A stretch of DNA of 64,000 bases from the human T2T-CHM13v2.0 reference genome, Homo sapiens, in the NCBI RefSeq assembly GCF_009914755.1, contig NC_060935.1, one strand, 5' to 3'. The translations under genes were made by a program, and so were the position numbers. This document shows, in pieces, positions 40,601-54,700 of this stretch (within the stretch, counting starts at the first letter, position 1; each line of letters begins with the position of its first letter). Under the pieces are notes generated by a model that worked only from the letters and a program-made list of their open reading frames with translations, had not been told where the DNA came from and searched no databases.

Positions 40601-43600
40601 ATTTGGACTTCTCTGAGGATTTCGTTGGAAACGGGATAAACTTCCCAGAACTACACGGAAGCATTGTGAGAAACTTCTTTGTGATGTTTGCATTCAACTC
40701 ACAGAGTTGAACCTTGCTTTCATAGTTCAGCTTTCAAACACTCTTTTTGTAGAATCTGCAAGTGGATATTTGGACCACTTTGTGGCCTTCCTTCGAAACG
40801 GGTATATCTTCACATCAAACCTAGACAGAAGCATTCTCAGAATGTTTCCTGTGATGACTGCATTCAACTCACAGAGGTGAACAATCCTGCTGATGGAGCA
40901 GTTTTGAAACTCTCTTTCTTTGGATTCTGCAAGTGGATATGTGGACCTCTGTGAAGATTTCGTTGGAAACGGGTTCATCTTCACACAAAAACTAAACAGA
41001 AGCATTCTCAGAAACTGCTTTGTGATGTTTGTGTTCCACTTCAGGAATTGAACTTTCCTCTTGACAGAGCAGCTCTGAAACCCTCTTATTCTAGAATCTG
41101 CAAGTGGACATTTGGAGGGCTTTGAGGCCTGTGGTGGAAAAGGAAAATCTTCACATAAAAACTAGATGGAAGCATTCTCAGAAACTACTTTGTGATGATT
41201 GCATTCGACTCACAGAGTTGAACATTCCTATAGATAGAGCAGGTTGTAAACAATCTTTTTGTAGAATCTGCGATTGGAGATTTGGACTGCTTTGAGGCCT
41301 ACTGTAGTAAAGGAAATAACTTCATCTAAAAACCAAACGGAAGCATTCACAGACAATTCTTAGTGATCATTGGATTGAACTAACAGAGCTGAACATTCCT
41401 TTAGATGGAGCAGTTTCCAAACCCACTTTCTGTAGAATCTGCAAGTGGATATTTGGACTTCTCTGAGGATTTCGTTGGAAACGGGATAAACTTCCCAGAA
41501 CTACACGGAAGCATTGTGAGAAACTTCTTTGTGATGTTTGCATTCAACTCACAGAGTTGAACCTTGCTTTCATAGTTCAGCTTTCAAACACTCTTTTTGT
41601 AGAATCTGCAAGTGGATATTTGGACCTCTTTGTGGCCTTCCTTCGAAACGGGTATATCTTTACATCAAACCTAGACAGAAGCATTCTCAGAATGTTTCCT
41701 GTGATGACTGCATTCAACTCACAGAGGTGAGCAATCCTGTTGATGGAGCAGTTTTGAAACTCTCTTTCTTTGGATTCTGCAAGTGGATATGTGGACCTCT
41801 GTGAAGATTTCGTTGGAAACGGGTTCATCTTCACAGAAAAACTAAACAGAAGCATTCTCAGAAACTGCTTTGTGATGTTTGTGTTCCTCTTCAGGAATTG
41901 AACTTTCCTCTTGAAAGAGCAGCTCTGAAACCCTATTTTTCTAGAATCTGCAAGTGGACATTTGGAGGGCTTTGAGGCCTGTGGTGGAAAAGGAAAATCT
42001 TCACATAAAAACTAGATGGAAGCATTCTCAGAAACTACTTTGTGATGATTGCATTCGACTCACAGAGTTGAACATTCCTATAGATAGAGCAGGTTGTAAA
42101 CAATCTTTTTGTAGAATCTGCGATTGGAGATTTGGACTGCTTTGAGGCCTACTGTAGTAAAGGAAATAACTTCATCTAAAAACCAAACGGAAGCATTCAC
42201 AGACAATTCTTAGTGATCATTGGATTGAACTAACAGAGCTGAACATTCCTTTAGATGGAGCAGTTTCCAAACACACTTTCTGTAGAATCTGCAAGTGGAT
42301 ATTTGGACTTCTCTGAGGATTTCGTTGGAAACGGGATAAACTTCCCAGAACTACACGGAAGCATTCTCAGAAACTTCTTTCTGATGTTTGCATTCAACTC
42401 ACAGAGTTGAACCTTGCTTTCATAGTTCAGCTTTCAAACACTCTTTTTGTAGAATCTGCAAGTGGATATTTGGACCACTTTGTGGCCTTCCTTCGAAACG
42501 GGTATATCTTCACATCAAACCTAGACAGAAGCATTCTCAGAATGTTTCCTGTGATGACTGCATTCAACTCACAGAGGTGAACAATCCTGTTGATGGAGCA
42601 GTTTTGAAACTCTCTTTCTTTGGATTCTGCAAGTTGATATGTGGACCTCTGTGAAGATTTCGTTGGAAACGGGTTCATCTTCACAGAAAAACTAAACAGA
42701 ATCATTCTCAGAAACTGCTTTGTGATGTTTGTGTTCCACTTCAAGAATTGTAATTTCCTCTTGACAGAGCAGCTCTGAAACCCTCTTTTTCTAGAATCTG
42801 CAAGTGGACATTTGGAGGGCTTTGAGGTCTGTGGTGGAAAAGGAAAATCTTCACATAAAAACTAGATGGAAGCATTCTCAGAAACTACTTTGTGATGATT
42901 GCATTCGACCCACAGAGTTGAACATTCCTATAGATAGAGCAGGTTGTAAACAATCTTTTTGTAGAATCTGCGATTGGAGATTTGGACTGCTTTGAGGCCT
43001 ACTGTAGTAAAGGAAATAACTTCATCTAAAAACCAAACGGAAGCATTCACAGACAATTCTTAGTGATCATTGGATTGAACTAACAGAGCTGAACATTCCC
43101 TTAGATGGCGCAGTTTCCAAACACACTTTCTGTAGAATCTGCAAGTGGATATTTGGACCTCTCTGAGGATTTCGTTGGAAACGGGATAAACTTCCCAGAA
43201 CTACACGGAAGCATTCTGAGAAACTTCTTTGTGATGTTTGCATTCAACTCACAGAGTTGAACCTTGCTTTCATAGTTCAGCTTTCAAACACTCTTTCTGT
43301 AGAATCTGCAAGTGGATATTTGGACCACTTTGTGGCCTTCCTTCGAAACGGGTATATCTTCACATCAAACCTAGACAGAAGCATTCTCAGAATGTTTCCT
43401 GTGATGACTGCATTCAACTCACAGAGGTGAACAATCCTGCTGATGGAGCACTTTTGAAACTCTCTTTCTTTGGATTCTGCAAGTGGATATGTTGACCTCT
43501 GTGAAGATTTCGTTGGAAACGGGTTCATCTTCACAGAAAAACTAAACAGGAGCATTCTCAGAAACTGCTTTGTGATGTTTGTGTTCCACTTCAAGAATTG

Positions 43601-46600
43601 AACTTTCCTCTTGACAGAGCAGCTCTGAAACCCTCTTTTTCTAGAATCTGCAAGTGGACATTTGGAGGGATTTGAGGCCTGTGGTGGAAAAGGAAAATCT
43701 TCACATAAAAACTAGATGGAAGCATTCTCAGAAACTACTTTGTGATGATTGCATTCGACTCACAGAGTTGAACATTCCTATAGATAGAGCAGGTTGTAAA
43801 CAATCTTTTTGTAGGATCTGCGATTGGAGATTTGGACTGCTTTGAGGCCTACTGTAGTAAAGGAAATAACTTCATCTAAAAACCAAACGGAAGCATTCAC
43901 AGACAATTCTTAGTGATCATTGGATTGAACTAACAGAGCTGAACATTCCTTTAGATGGAGCAGTTTCCAAACACACTTTCTGTAGAATCTGCAAGTGGAT
44001 ATTTGGACTTCTCTGAGGATTTCGTTGGAAACGGGATAAACTTCCCAGAACTACACGGAAGCATTCTGAGAAATTTCTTTCTGATGTTTGCATTCAACTC
44101 ACAGAGTTGAACCTTGCTTTCATAGTTCAGCTTTCAAACACTCTTTTTGTAGAATCTGCAAGTGGATATTTGGACCACTTTGTGGCCTTCCTTCGAAACG
44201 GATATATCTTCACATCAAACCTAGACAGAAGCATTCTCAGAATGTTTCCTGTGATGACTGCATTCAACTCACAGAGGTGAACAATCCTGTTGATGGAGCA
44301 GTTTTGAAACTCTCTTTCTTTGGATTCCGCAAGTTGATATGTGGACCTCTGTGAAGATTTCGTTGGAAACGGGTTCATCTTCACAGAAAAACTAAACAGA
44401 AGCATTCTCAGAAACTGCTTTGTGATGTTTGTTTTCCACTTCAAGAATTGAACTTTCCTCTTGACAGAGCAGCTCTGAAACCCTCTTTTTCTAGAATCTG
44501 CAAGTGGACATTTGGAGGGCTTTGAGGTCTGTGGTGGAAAAGGAAAATCTTCACATAAAAACTAGATGGAAGCATTCTCAGAAACTACTTTGTGATGATT
44601 GCATTCGACCCACAGAGTTGAACATTCCTATAGATAGAGCAGGTTGTAAACAATCTTTTTGTAGAATCTGCGATTGGAGATTTGGACTGCTTTGAGGCCT
44701 ACTGTAGTAAAGGAAATAACTTCATCTAAAAACCAAACGGAAGCATTTACAGACAATTCTTAGTGATCATTGGATTGAACTAACAGAGCTGAACATTCCT
44801 TTAGATGGAGCAGTTTCCAAACACACTTTCTGTAGAATCTGCAAGTGGATATTTGGACTTCTCTGAGGATTTCGTTGGAAACGGGATAAACTTCCCAGAA
44901 CTACACGGAAGCATTCTCAGAAACTTCTTTCTGATGTTTGCATTCAACTCACAGAGTTGAACCTTGCTTTCATAGTTCAGCTTTCAAACACTCTTTTTGT
45001 AGAATCTGCAAGTGGATATTTGGACCACTTTGTGGCCTTCCTTCGAAACGGGTATATCTTCACATCAAACCTAGACAGAAGCATTCTCAGAATGTTTCCT
45101 GTGATGACTGCATTCAACTCACAGAGGTGAACAATCCTGCTGATGGAGCAGTTTTGAAACTCTCTTTCTTTGGATTCTGCAAGTTGATATGTGGACCTCT
45201 GTGAAGATTTCGTTGGAAACGGGTTCATCTTCACAGAAAAACTAAACAGAATCATTCTCAGAAACTGCTTTGTGATGTTTGTGTTCCACTTCAAGAATTG
45301 TAATTTCCTCTTGACAGAGCAGCTCTGAAACCCTCTTTTTCTAGAATCTGCAAGTGGACATTTGGAGGGCTTTGAGGTCTGTGGTGGAAAAGGAAAATCT
45401 TCACATAAAAACTAGATGGAAGCATTCTCAGAAACTACTTTGTGATGATTGCATTCGACCCACAGAGTTGAACATTCCTATAGATAGAGCAGGTTGTAAA
45501 CAATCTTTTTGTAGAATCTGCGATTGGAGATTTGGACTGCTTTGAGGCCTACTGTAGTAAAGGAAATAACTTCATCTAAAAACCAAACGGAAGCATTCAC
45601 AGACAATTCTTAGTGATCATTGGATTGAACTAACAGAGCTGAACATTCCCTTAGATGGCGCAGTTTCCAAACACACTTTCTGTAGAATCTGCAAGTGGAT
45701 ATTTGGACCTCTCTGAGGATTTCGTTGGAAACGGGATAAACTTCCCAGAACTACACGGAAGCATTGTGAGAAACTTCTTTGTGATGTTTGCATTCAACTC
45801 ACAGAGTTGAACCTTGCTTTCATAGTTCAGCTTTCAAACACTCTTTCTGTAGAATCTGCAAGTGGATATTTGGACCACTTTGTGGCCTTCCTTCGAAACG
45901 GGTATATCTTCACATCAAACCTAGACAGAAGCATTCTCAGAATGTTTCCTGTGATGACTGCATTCAACTCACAGAGGTGAACAATCCTGCTGATGGAGCA
46001 GTTTTGAAACTCTCTTTCTTTGGATTCTGCAAGTGGATATGTGGACCTCTGTGAAGATTTCGTTGGAAACGGGTTCATCTTCACAGAAAAACTAAACAGG
46101 AGCATTCTCAGAAACTGCTTTGTGATGTTTGTGTTCCATTTCAGGAATTGAACTTTCCTCTTGAGAGAGCAGCTCTGAAACCCTCTTATTCTAGAATCTG
46201 CAAGTGGACATTTGGAGGGCTTGGAGGCCTGTGGTGGAAAAGGAAAATCTTCACATAAAAACTAGATGGAAGCATTCTCAGAAACTACTTTGTGATGATT
46301 GCATTCGACTCACAGAGTTGAACATTCCTATAGATAGAGCAGTTTGTAAACAATCTTTTTGTAGAATCTGCGATTGGAGATTTGGACTGCTTTGAGGCCT
46401 ACTGTAGTAAAGGAAATAACTTCATCTAAAAACCAAACGGAAGCATTCACAGACAATTCTTAGTGATCATTGGATTGAACTAACAGAGCTGAACATTCCT
46501 TTAGATGGAGCAGTTTCCAAACCCACTTTCTGTAGAATCTGCAAGTGGATATTTGGACTTCTCTGAGGATTTCGTTGAAAACGGGATAAACTTCCCAGAA

Positions 46601-48738
46601 CTACACGGAAGCATTGTGAGAAACTTCTTTGTGATGTTTGCATTCAACTCACAGAGTTGAACCTTGCTTTCATAGTTCAGCTTTCAAACACTCTTTTTGT
46701 AGAATCTGCAAGTGGATATTTGGACCACTTTGTGGCCTTCCTTCGAAACGGGTATATCTTCACATCAAACCTAGACAGAAGCATTCTCAGAATGTTTCCT
46801 GTGATGACTGCATTCAACTCACAGAGGTGAACAATCCTGCTGATGGAGCAGTTTTGAAACTCTCTTTCTTTGGATTCTGCAAGTGGATATGTGGACCTCT
46901 GTGAAGATTTCGTTGGAAACGGGTTCATCTTCACAGAAAAACTAAACAGGAGCATTCTCAGAAACTGCTTTGTGATGTTTGTGTTCCACTTCAAGAATTG
47001 AACTTTCCTCTTTACAGAGCAGCTCTGAAACACTCTTTTTCTAGAATCTGCAAGTGGACATTTGGAGGGCTTTGAGGCCTGTGGTGGAAAAGGAAAATCT
47101 TCACATAAAAACTAGATGGAAGCATTCTCAGAAACTACTTTGTGATGATTGCATTCGACTCACAGAGTTCAACATTCCTATAGGGAGAGCAGGTTGTAAA
47201 CAATCTTTTTGTAGAATCTGCGATTAGAGATTTGGACTGCTTTGAGGCCTACTGTAGTAAAGGAAATAACTTCATCTAAAAACCAAACGGAAGCATTCAC
47301 AGACAATTCTTAGTGATCATTGGATTGAACTAACAGAGCTGAACATTCCTTTAGATGGCGCAGTTTCCAGACACACTTTCTGTAGAATCTGCAAGTGGAT
47401 ATTTGGACCTCTCTGAGGATTTCGTTGGAAACAGGATAAACTTCCCAGAACTACACGGAAGCATTCTGAGAAACTTCTTTGTGATGTTTGCATTCAACTC
47501 ACAGAGTTGAACCTTGCTTTCATAGTTCAGCTTTCAAACACTCTTTTTGTAGAATCTGCAAGTGGATATTTGGACCACTTTGTGGCCTTCCTTCGAAACG
47601 GGTATATCTTCACATCAAACCTAGACAGAAGCATTCTCAGAATGTTTCCTGTGATGACTGCATTCAACTCACAGAGGTGAACAATCCTGCTGATGGAGCA
47701 GTTTTGAAACTCTCTTTCTTTGGTATCTGCAAGTGGATATGTGGACCTCTGTGAAGATTTCGTTGGAAACGGGTTCATCCTCACAGAAAAACTAAACAGG
47801 AGCATTCTCAGAAACTGCTTTGTGATGTTTGTGTTCCACTTCAAGAATTGAACTTTCCTCTTGACAGAGCAGCTCTGAAACCCTCTTTTTCTAGAATCTG
47901 CAAGTGGACATTTGGAGGGCTTTGAGGCCTGTGGTGGAAATGGAAAATCTTCACATAAAAACTAGATGGAAGCATTCTCAGAAACTACTTTGTGATGATT
48001 GCATTCGACTCACAGAGTTCAACATTCCTATAGGGAGAGCAGGTTGTAAACAATCTTTTTGTAGAATCTGCGATTAGAGATTTAGACTGCTTTGAGGCCT
48101 ACTGTAGTAAAGGAAATAACTTCATCTAAAAACCAAACGGAAGCATTCACAGACAATTCTTAGTGATCATTGCATTGAACTAACAGAGCTGAACATTCGT
48201 TTAGATGGCGCAGTTTCCAAACACACTTTCTGTAGAATCTGCAAGTGGATATTTGGACCACTCTGAGGATTTCGCTGGAAACGGGATAAGCTTCCCAGAA
48301 CTACACGGAAGCATTCTGAGAAACTTCTTTGTGATGTTTGCATTCAACTCACAGAGTTGAACCTTGCTTTCATAGTTCAGCTTTCAAACACTCTTTTTGT
48401 AGAATCTGCAAGTTGATATTTGGACCACTTTGTGGCCTTCCTTCGAAACGGGTATATCTTCACATCAAACCTAGACAGAAGCATTCTCAGAATGTTTCCT
48501 GTGATGACTGCATTCAACTCACAGAGGTGAACAATCCTGCTGATGGAGCAGTTTTAAAATTCTCTTTCTTTGGATTCTGCAAGTGGATATGTGGACCTCT
48601 GTGAAGATTTCGTTGGAAACGGGTTCATCTTCACAGAAAAACTAAACAGAAGCATTCTCAGAAACTGCTTTGTGATGTTTGTGTTCCACTTCAGGAATTG
48701 AACTTTCCTCTTGACAGAGCAGCTCTGAAACCCTCTTA

Positions 48739-51700
48739 TTCTAGAATCTGCAAGTGGACATTTGGAGGGCTTTGAGGCCTGTGGTGGAAAAGGAAAATCT
48801 TCACATAAAAACTAGATGGAAGCATTCTCAGAAACTACTTTTTGATGATTGCATTCGACTCACAGAGTTGAACATTCCTATAGATAGAGCAGGTTGTAAA
48901 CAATCTTTTTGTAGAATCTGCGATTGGAGATTTGGACTGCTTTGAGGCCTACTGTAGTAAAGGAAATAACTTCATCTAAAAACCAAACGGAAGCATTCAC
49001 AGACAATTCTTAGTGATCATTGGATTGAACTAACAGAGCTGAACATTCCTTCAGATGGAGCAGTTTCCAAACCCACTTTCTGTAGAATCTGCAAGTGGAT
49101 ATTTGGACTTCTCTGAGGATTTCGTTGGAAACGGGATAAACTTCCCAGAACTACACGGAAGCATTGTGAGAAACTTCTTTGTGATGTTTGCATTCAACAC
49201 ACAGAGTTGAACCTTGCTTTCATAGTTCAGCTTTCAAACACTCTTTTTGTAGAATCTGCAAGTGGATATTTGGACCACTTTGTGGCCTTCCTTCGAAACG
49301 GGTATATCTTCACATCAAACCTAGACAGAAGCATTCTCAGAATGTTTCCTGTGATGACTGCATTCAACTCACAGAGGTGAACAATCCTGCTGATGGAGCA
49401 GTTTTGAAACTCTCTTTCTTTGGATTCTGCAAGTGGATATGTGGACCTCTGTGAAGATTTCGTTGGAAACGGGTTCATCCTCACAGAAAAACTAAACAGG
49501 AGAATTCTCAGAAACTGCTTTGTGATGTTTGTGTTCCACTTCAAGAATTGAACTTTCCTCTTGACAGAGCAGCTCTGAAACCCTCTTTTTCTAGAATCTG
49601 CAAGTGGACATTTGGAGGGCTTTGAGGCCTGTGGTGGAAAAGGAAAATCTTCACATAAAAACTAGATGGAAGCATTCTCAGAAACTACTTTGTGATGATT
49701 GCATTCGACTCACAGAGTTCAACATTCCTATAGGGAGAGCAGGTTGTAAACAATCTTTTTGTAGAATCTGCGATTAGAGATTTGGACTGCTTTGAGGCCT
49801 ACTGTAGTAAAGGAAATAACTTCATCTAAAAACCAAACGGAAGCATTCACAGACAATTCTTAGTGATCATTGCATTGAACTAACAGAGCTGAACATTCGT
49901 TTAGATGGCGCAGTTTCCAAACACACTTTCTGTAGAATCTGCAAGTGGATATTTGGACCTCTCTGAGGATTTCGTTGGAAACGGGATAAACTTCCCAAAA
50001 CTACACGGAAGCATTCTGAGAAACTTCTTTGTGATGTTTGCATTCAACTCACAGAGTTGAACCTTGCTTTCATAGTTCAGCTTTCAAACACTCTTTTTGT
50101 AGAAACTGCAAGTGGATATTTGGACCACTTGGTGGCCTTCCTTCGAAACGGGTATATCTTCACATCAAACCTAGACAGAAGCATTCTCAGAATGTTTCCT
50201 GTGATGACTGCATTCAACTCACAGAGGTGAACAATCCTGCTGATGGAGCAGTTTTGAAATTCTCTTTCTTTGGATTCTGCAAGTGGATATGTGGACCTCT
50301 GTGAAGATTTCGTTGGAAACGGGTTCATCTTCACAGAAAAACTAAACAGAAGCATTCTCAGAAACTGCTTTCTGATGTTTGTGTTCCACTTCAGGAATTG
50401 AACTTTCCTCTTGACAGAGCAGCTCTGAAACCCTCTTATTCTAGAATCTGCAAGTGGACATTTGGAGGGCTTTGAGGCCTGTGGTGGAAAAGGAAAATCT
50501 TCACATAAAAACTAGATGGAAGCATTCTCAGAAACTACTTTGTGATGATTGCATTCGACTCACAGAGTTGAACATTCCTATAGATAGAGCAGGTTGTAAA
50601 CAATCTTTTTGTAGAATCTGCGATTGGAGATTTGGACTGCTTTGAGGCCTACTGTAGTAAAGGAAATAACTTCATCTAAAAACCAAACGGAAGCATTCAC
50701 AGACAATTCTTAGTGATCATTGGATTGAACTAACAGAGCTGAACATTCCTTTAGATGGCGCAGTTTCCAAACACACTTTCTGTAGAATCTGCAAGTGGAT
50801 ATTTGGACTTCTCTGAGGATTTCGTTGGAAACGGGATAAACTTCCCAGAACTACACGGAAACATTGTGAGAAACTTCTTTGTGATGTTTTCATTCAACTC
50901 ACAGAGTTGAACCTTGCTTTCATAGTTCAGCTTTCAAACACTCTTTTTGTAGAATCTGCAAGTGGATATTTGGACCACTTTGTGGCCTTCCTTCAAAACG
51001 GGTATATCTTCACATCAAACCTAGACAGAAGCATTCTCAGAATGTTTCCTGTGATGACTGCATTCAACTCACAGAGGTGAACAATCCTGCTGATGGAGCA
51101 GTTTTGAAACTCTCTTTCTTTGGATTCTGCAAGTGGGTATGTGGACCTCTGTGAAGATTTCGTTGGAAACGGTTTCATCTTCACAGAAAAACTAAACAGA
51201 AACATTCTCAGAAACTGCTTTCTGATGTTTGTGTTCCACTTCAGGAATTGAACTTTCCTCTTGACAGAGCAGCTCTGAAATCCTCTTATTCAAGAATCTG
51301 CAAGTGGACATTTGGACGGCTTTGAGGCCTGTGGTGGAAAAGGAAAATCTTCACATAAAAACTAGATGGAAGCATTCTCAGAAACTACTTTGTGATGATT
51401 GCATTCGACTCACAGAGTTGAACATTCCTATAGATAGAGCAGGTTGTAAACAATCTTTTTGTAGAATCTGCGATTGGAGATTTGGACTGCTTTCAGGCCT
51501 ACTGTAGTAAAGGAAATAACTTCATCTAAAAACCAAACGGAAGCATTCACAGATAATTCTTAGTGATATTGGATTGAACTAACAGAGCTGAACATTCCTT
51601 TAGATGGAGCAGTTTCCAAACACCCTTTCTGTAGAATCTGCAAGTGGATATTTGGACTTCTCTGAGGATTTCGTTGGAAACGGGATAAACTTCCCAGAAC

Positions 51701-54700
51701 TACACGGAAGCATTCTGAGAAACTTCTTTGTGATGTTTGCATTCAACTCACAGAGTTGAACCTTGCTTTCATAGTTCAGCTTTCAAACACTCTTTTTGTA
51801 GAATCTGCAAGTGGATATTTGGACCACTTTGTGGCCTTCCTTCGAAACGGGTATATCTTCACATCAAACCTAGACAGAAGCATTCTCAGAATGTTTCCTG
51901 TGATGACTGCATTCAACTCACAGAGGTGAACAATCCTGCTGATGGAGCAGTTTTGAAACTCTCTTTCTTTGGATTCTGCAAGTGGATATGTGGACCTCTG
52001 TGAAGATTTCGTTGGAAACGGGTTCATCTTCACAGAAAAACTAAACAGGAGCATTCTCAGAAACTGCTTTGTGATGTTTGTGTTCCACTTCAAGAATTGA
52101 ACTTTCCTCTTGACACAGCAGCTCTGAAACCCTCTTTTTCTAGAATCTGCAAGTGGACATTTGGAGGGCTTTGAGGCCTGTGGTGGAAAAGGAAAATCTT
52201 CACATAAAAACTAGATGGAAGCATTCTCAGAAACTACTTTGTGATGATTGCATTCGACTCACAGAGTTGAACATTCCTATAGATAGAGCAGGTTGTAAAC
52301 AATCTTTTTGTAGAATCTGCGATTGGAGATTTGGACTGCTTTGAGGCCTACTGTAGTAAAGGAAATAACTTCATCTAAAAACCAAACGGAAGCATTCACA
52401 GACAATTCTTAGTGATCATTGGATTGAACTAACAGAGCTGAACATTCCTACAGATGGAGGAGTTTCCAAACACACTTTCTGTAGAATCTGCAAGTGGATA
52501 TTTGGACTTCTCTGAGGATTTCGTTGGAAACGGGATAAACTTCCCAGAACTACACGGAAGCATTGTGAGAAACTTCTTTGTGATGTTTGCATTCAACTCA
52601 CAGAGTTGAACCTTGCTTTCATAGTTCAGCTTTCAAACACTCTTTTTGTAGAATCTGCAAGTGGATATTTGGACCACTTTGTGGCCTTCCTTCGAAACGG
52701 GTATATCTTCACATCAAACCTAGACAGAAGCATTCTCAGAATGTTTCCTGTGATGACTGCATTCAACTCACAGAGGTGAACAATCCTGCTGATGGAGCAG
52801 TTTTGAAACTCTCTTTCTTTGGATTCTGCAAGTGGATATGTGGACCTCTGTGAAGATTTCGTTGGAAACGGGTTCATCTTCACACAAAAACTAAACAGAA
52901 GCATTCTCAGAAACTGCTTTGTGATGTTTGTGTTCCACTTCAGGAATTGAACTTTCCTCTTGACAGAGCAGCTCTGAAACCCTCTTATTCTAGAATCTGC
53001 AAGTGGACATTTGGAGGGCTTTGAGGCCTGTGGTGGAAAAGGAAAATCTTCACATAAAAACTAGATGGAAGCATTCTCAGAAACTACTTTGTGATGATTG
53101 CATTCGACTCACAGAGTTGAACATTCCTATAGATAGAGCAGGTTGTAAACAATCTTTTTGTAGAATCTGCGATTGGAGATTTGGACTGCTTTGAGGCCTA
53201 CTGTAGTAAAGGAAATAACTTCATCTAAAAACCAAACGGAAGCATTCACAGACAATTCTTAGTGATCATTGGATTGAACTAACAGAGCTGAACATTCCTT
53301 TAGATGGAGCAGTTTCCAAACCCACTTTCTGTAGAATCTGCAAGTGGATATTTGGACTTCTCTGAGGATTTCGTTGGAAACGGGATAAACTTCCCAGAAC
53401 TACACGGAAGCATTGTGAGAAACTTCTTTGTGATGTTTGCATTCAACTCACAGAGTTGAACCTTGCTTTCATAGTTCAGCTTTCAAACACTCTTTTTGTA
53501 GAATCTGCAAGTGGATATTTGGACCTCTTTGTGGCCTTCCTTCGAAACGGGTATATCTTTACATCAAACCTAGACAGAAGCATTCTCAGAATGTTTCCTG
53601 TGATGACTGCATTCAACTCACAGAGGTGAGCAATCCTGTTGATGGAGCAGTTTTGAAACTCTCTTTCTTTGGATTCTGCAAGTGGATATGTGGACCTCTG
53701 TGAAGATTTCGTTGGAAACGGGTTCATCTTCACAGAAAAACTAAACAGAAGCATTCTCAGAAACTGCTTTGTGATGTTTGTGTTCCTCTTCAGGAATTGA
53801 ACTTTCCTCTTGAAAGAGCAGCTCTGAAACCCTATTTTTCTAGAATCTGCAAGTGGACATTTGGAGGGCTTTGAGGCCTGTGGTGGAAAAGGAAAATCTT
53901 CACATAAAAACTAGATGGAAGCATTCTCAGAAACTACTTTGTGATGATTGCATTCGACTCACAGAGTTGAACATTCCTATAGATAGAGCAGGTTGTAAAC
54001 AATCTTTTTGTAGAATCTGCGATTGGAGATTTGGACTGCTTTGAGGCCTACTGTAGTAAAGGAAATAACTTCATCTAAAAACCAAACGGAAGCATTCACA
54101 GACAATTCTTAGTGATCATTGGATTGAACTAACAGAGCTGAACATTCCTTCAGATGGAGCAGTTTCCAAACCCACTTTCTGTAGAATCTGCAAGTGGATA
54201 TTTGGACTTCTCTGAGGATTTCGTTGGAAACGGGATAAACTTCCCAGAACTACACGGAAGCATTGTGAGAAACTTCTTTGTGATGTTTGCATTCAACACA
54301 CAGAGTTGAACCTTGCTTTCATAGTTCAGCTTTCAAACACTCTTTTTGTAGAATCTGCAAGTGGATATTTGGACCACTTTGTGGCCTTCCTTCGAAACGG
54401 GTATATCTTCACATCAAACCTAGACAGAAGCATTCTCAGAATGTTTCCTGTGATGACTGCATTCAACTCACAGAGGTGAACAATCCTGCTGATGGAGCAG
54501 TTTTGAAACTCTCTTTCTTTGGATTCTGCAAGTGGATATGTGGACCTCTGTGAAGATTTCGTTGGAAACGGGTTCATCCTCACAGAAAAACTAAACAGGA
54601 GAATTCTCAGAAACTGCTTTGTGATGTTTGTGTTCCACTTCAAGAATTGAACTTTCCTCTTGACAGAGCAGCTCTGAAACCCTCTTTTTCTAGAATCTGC

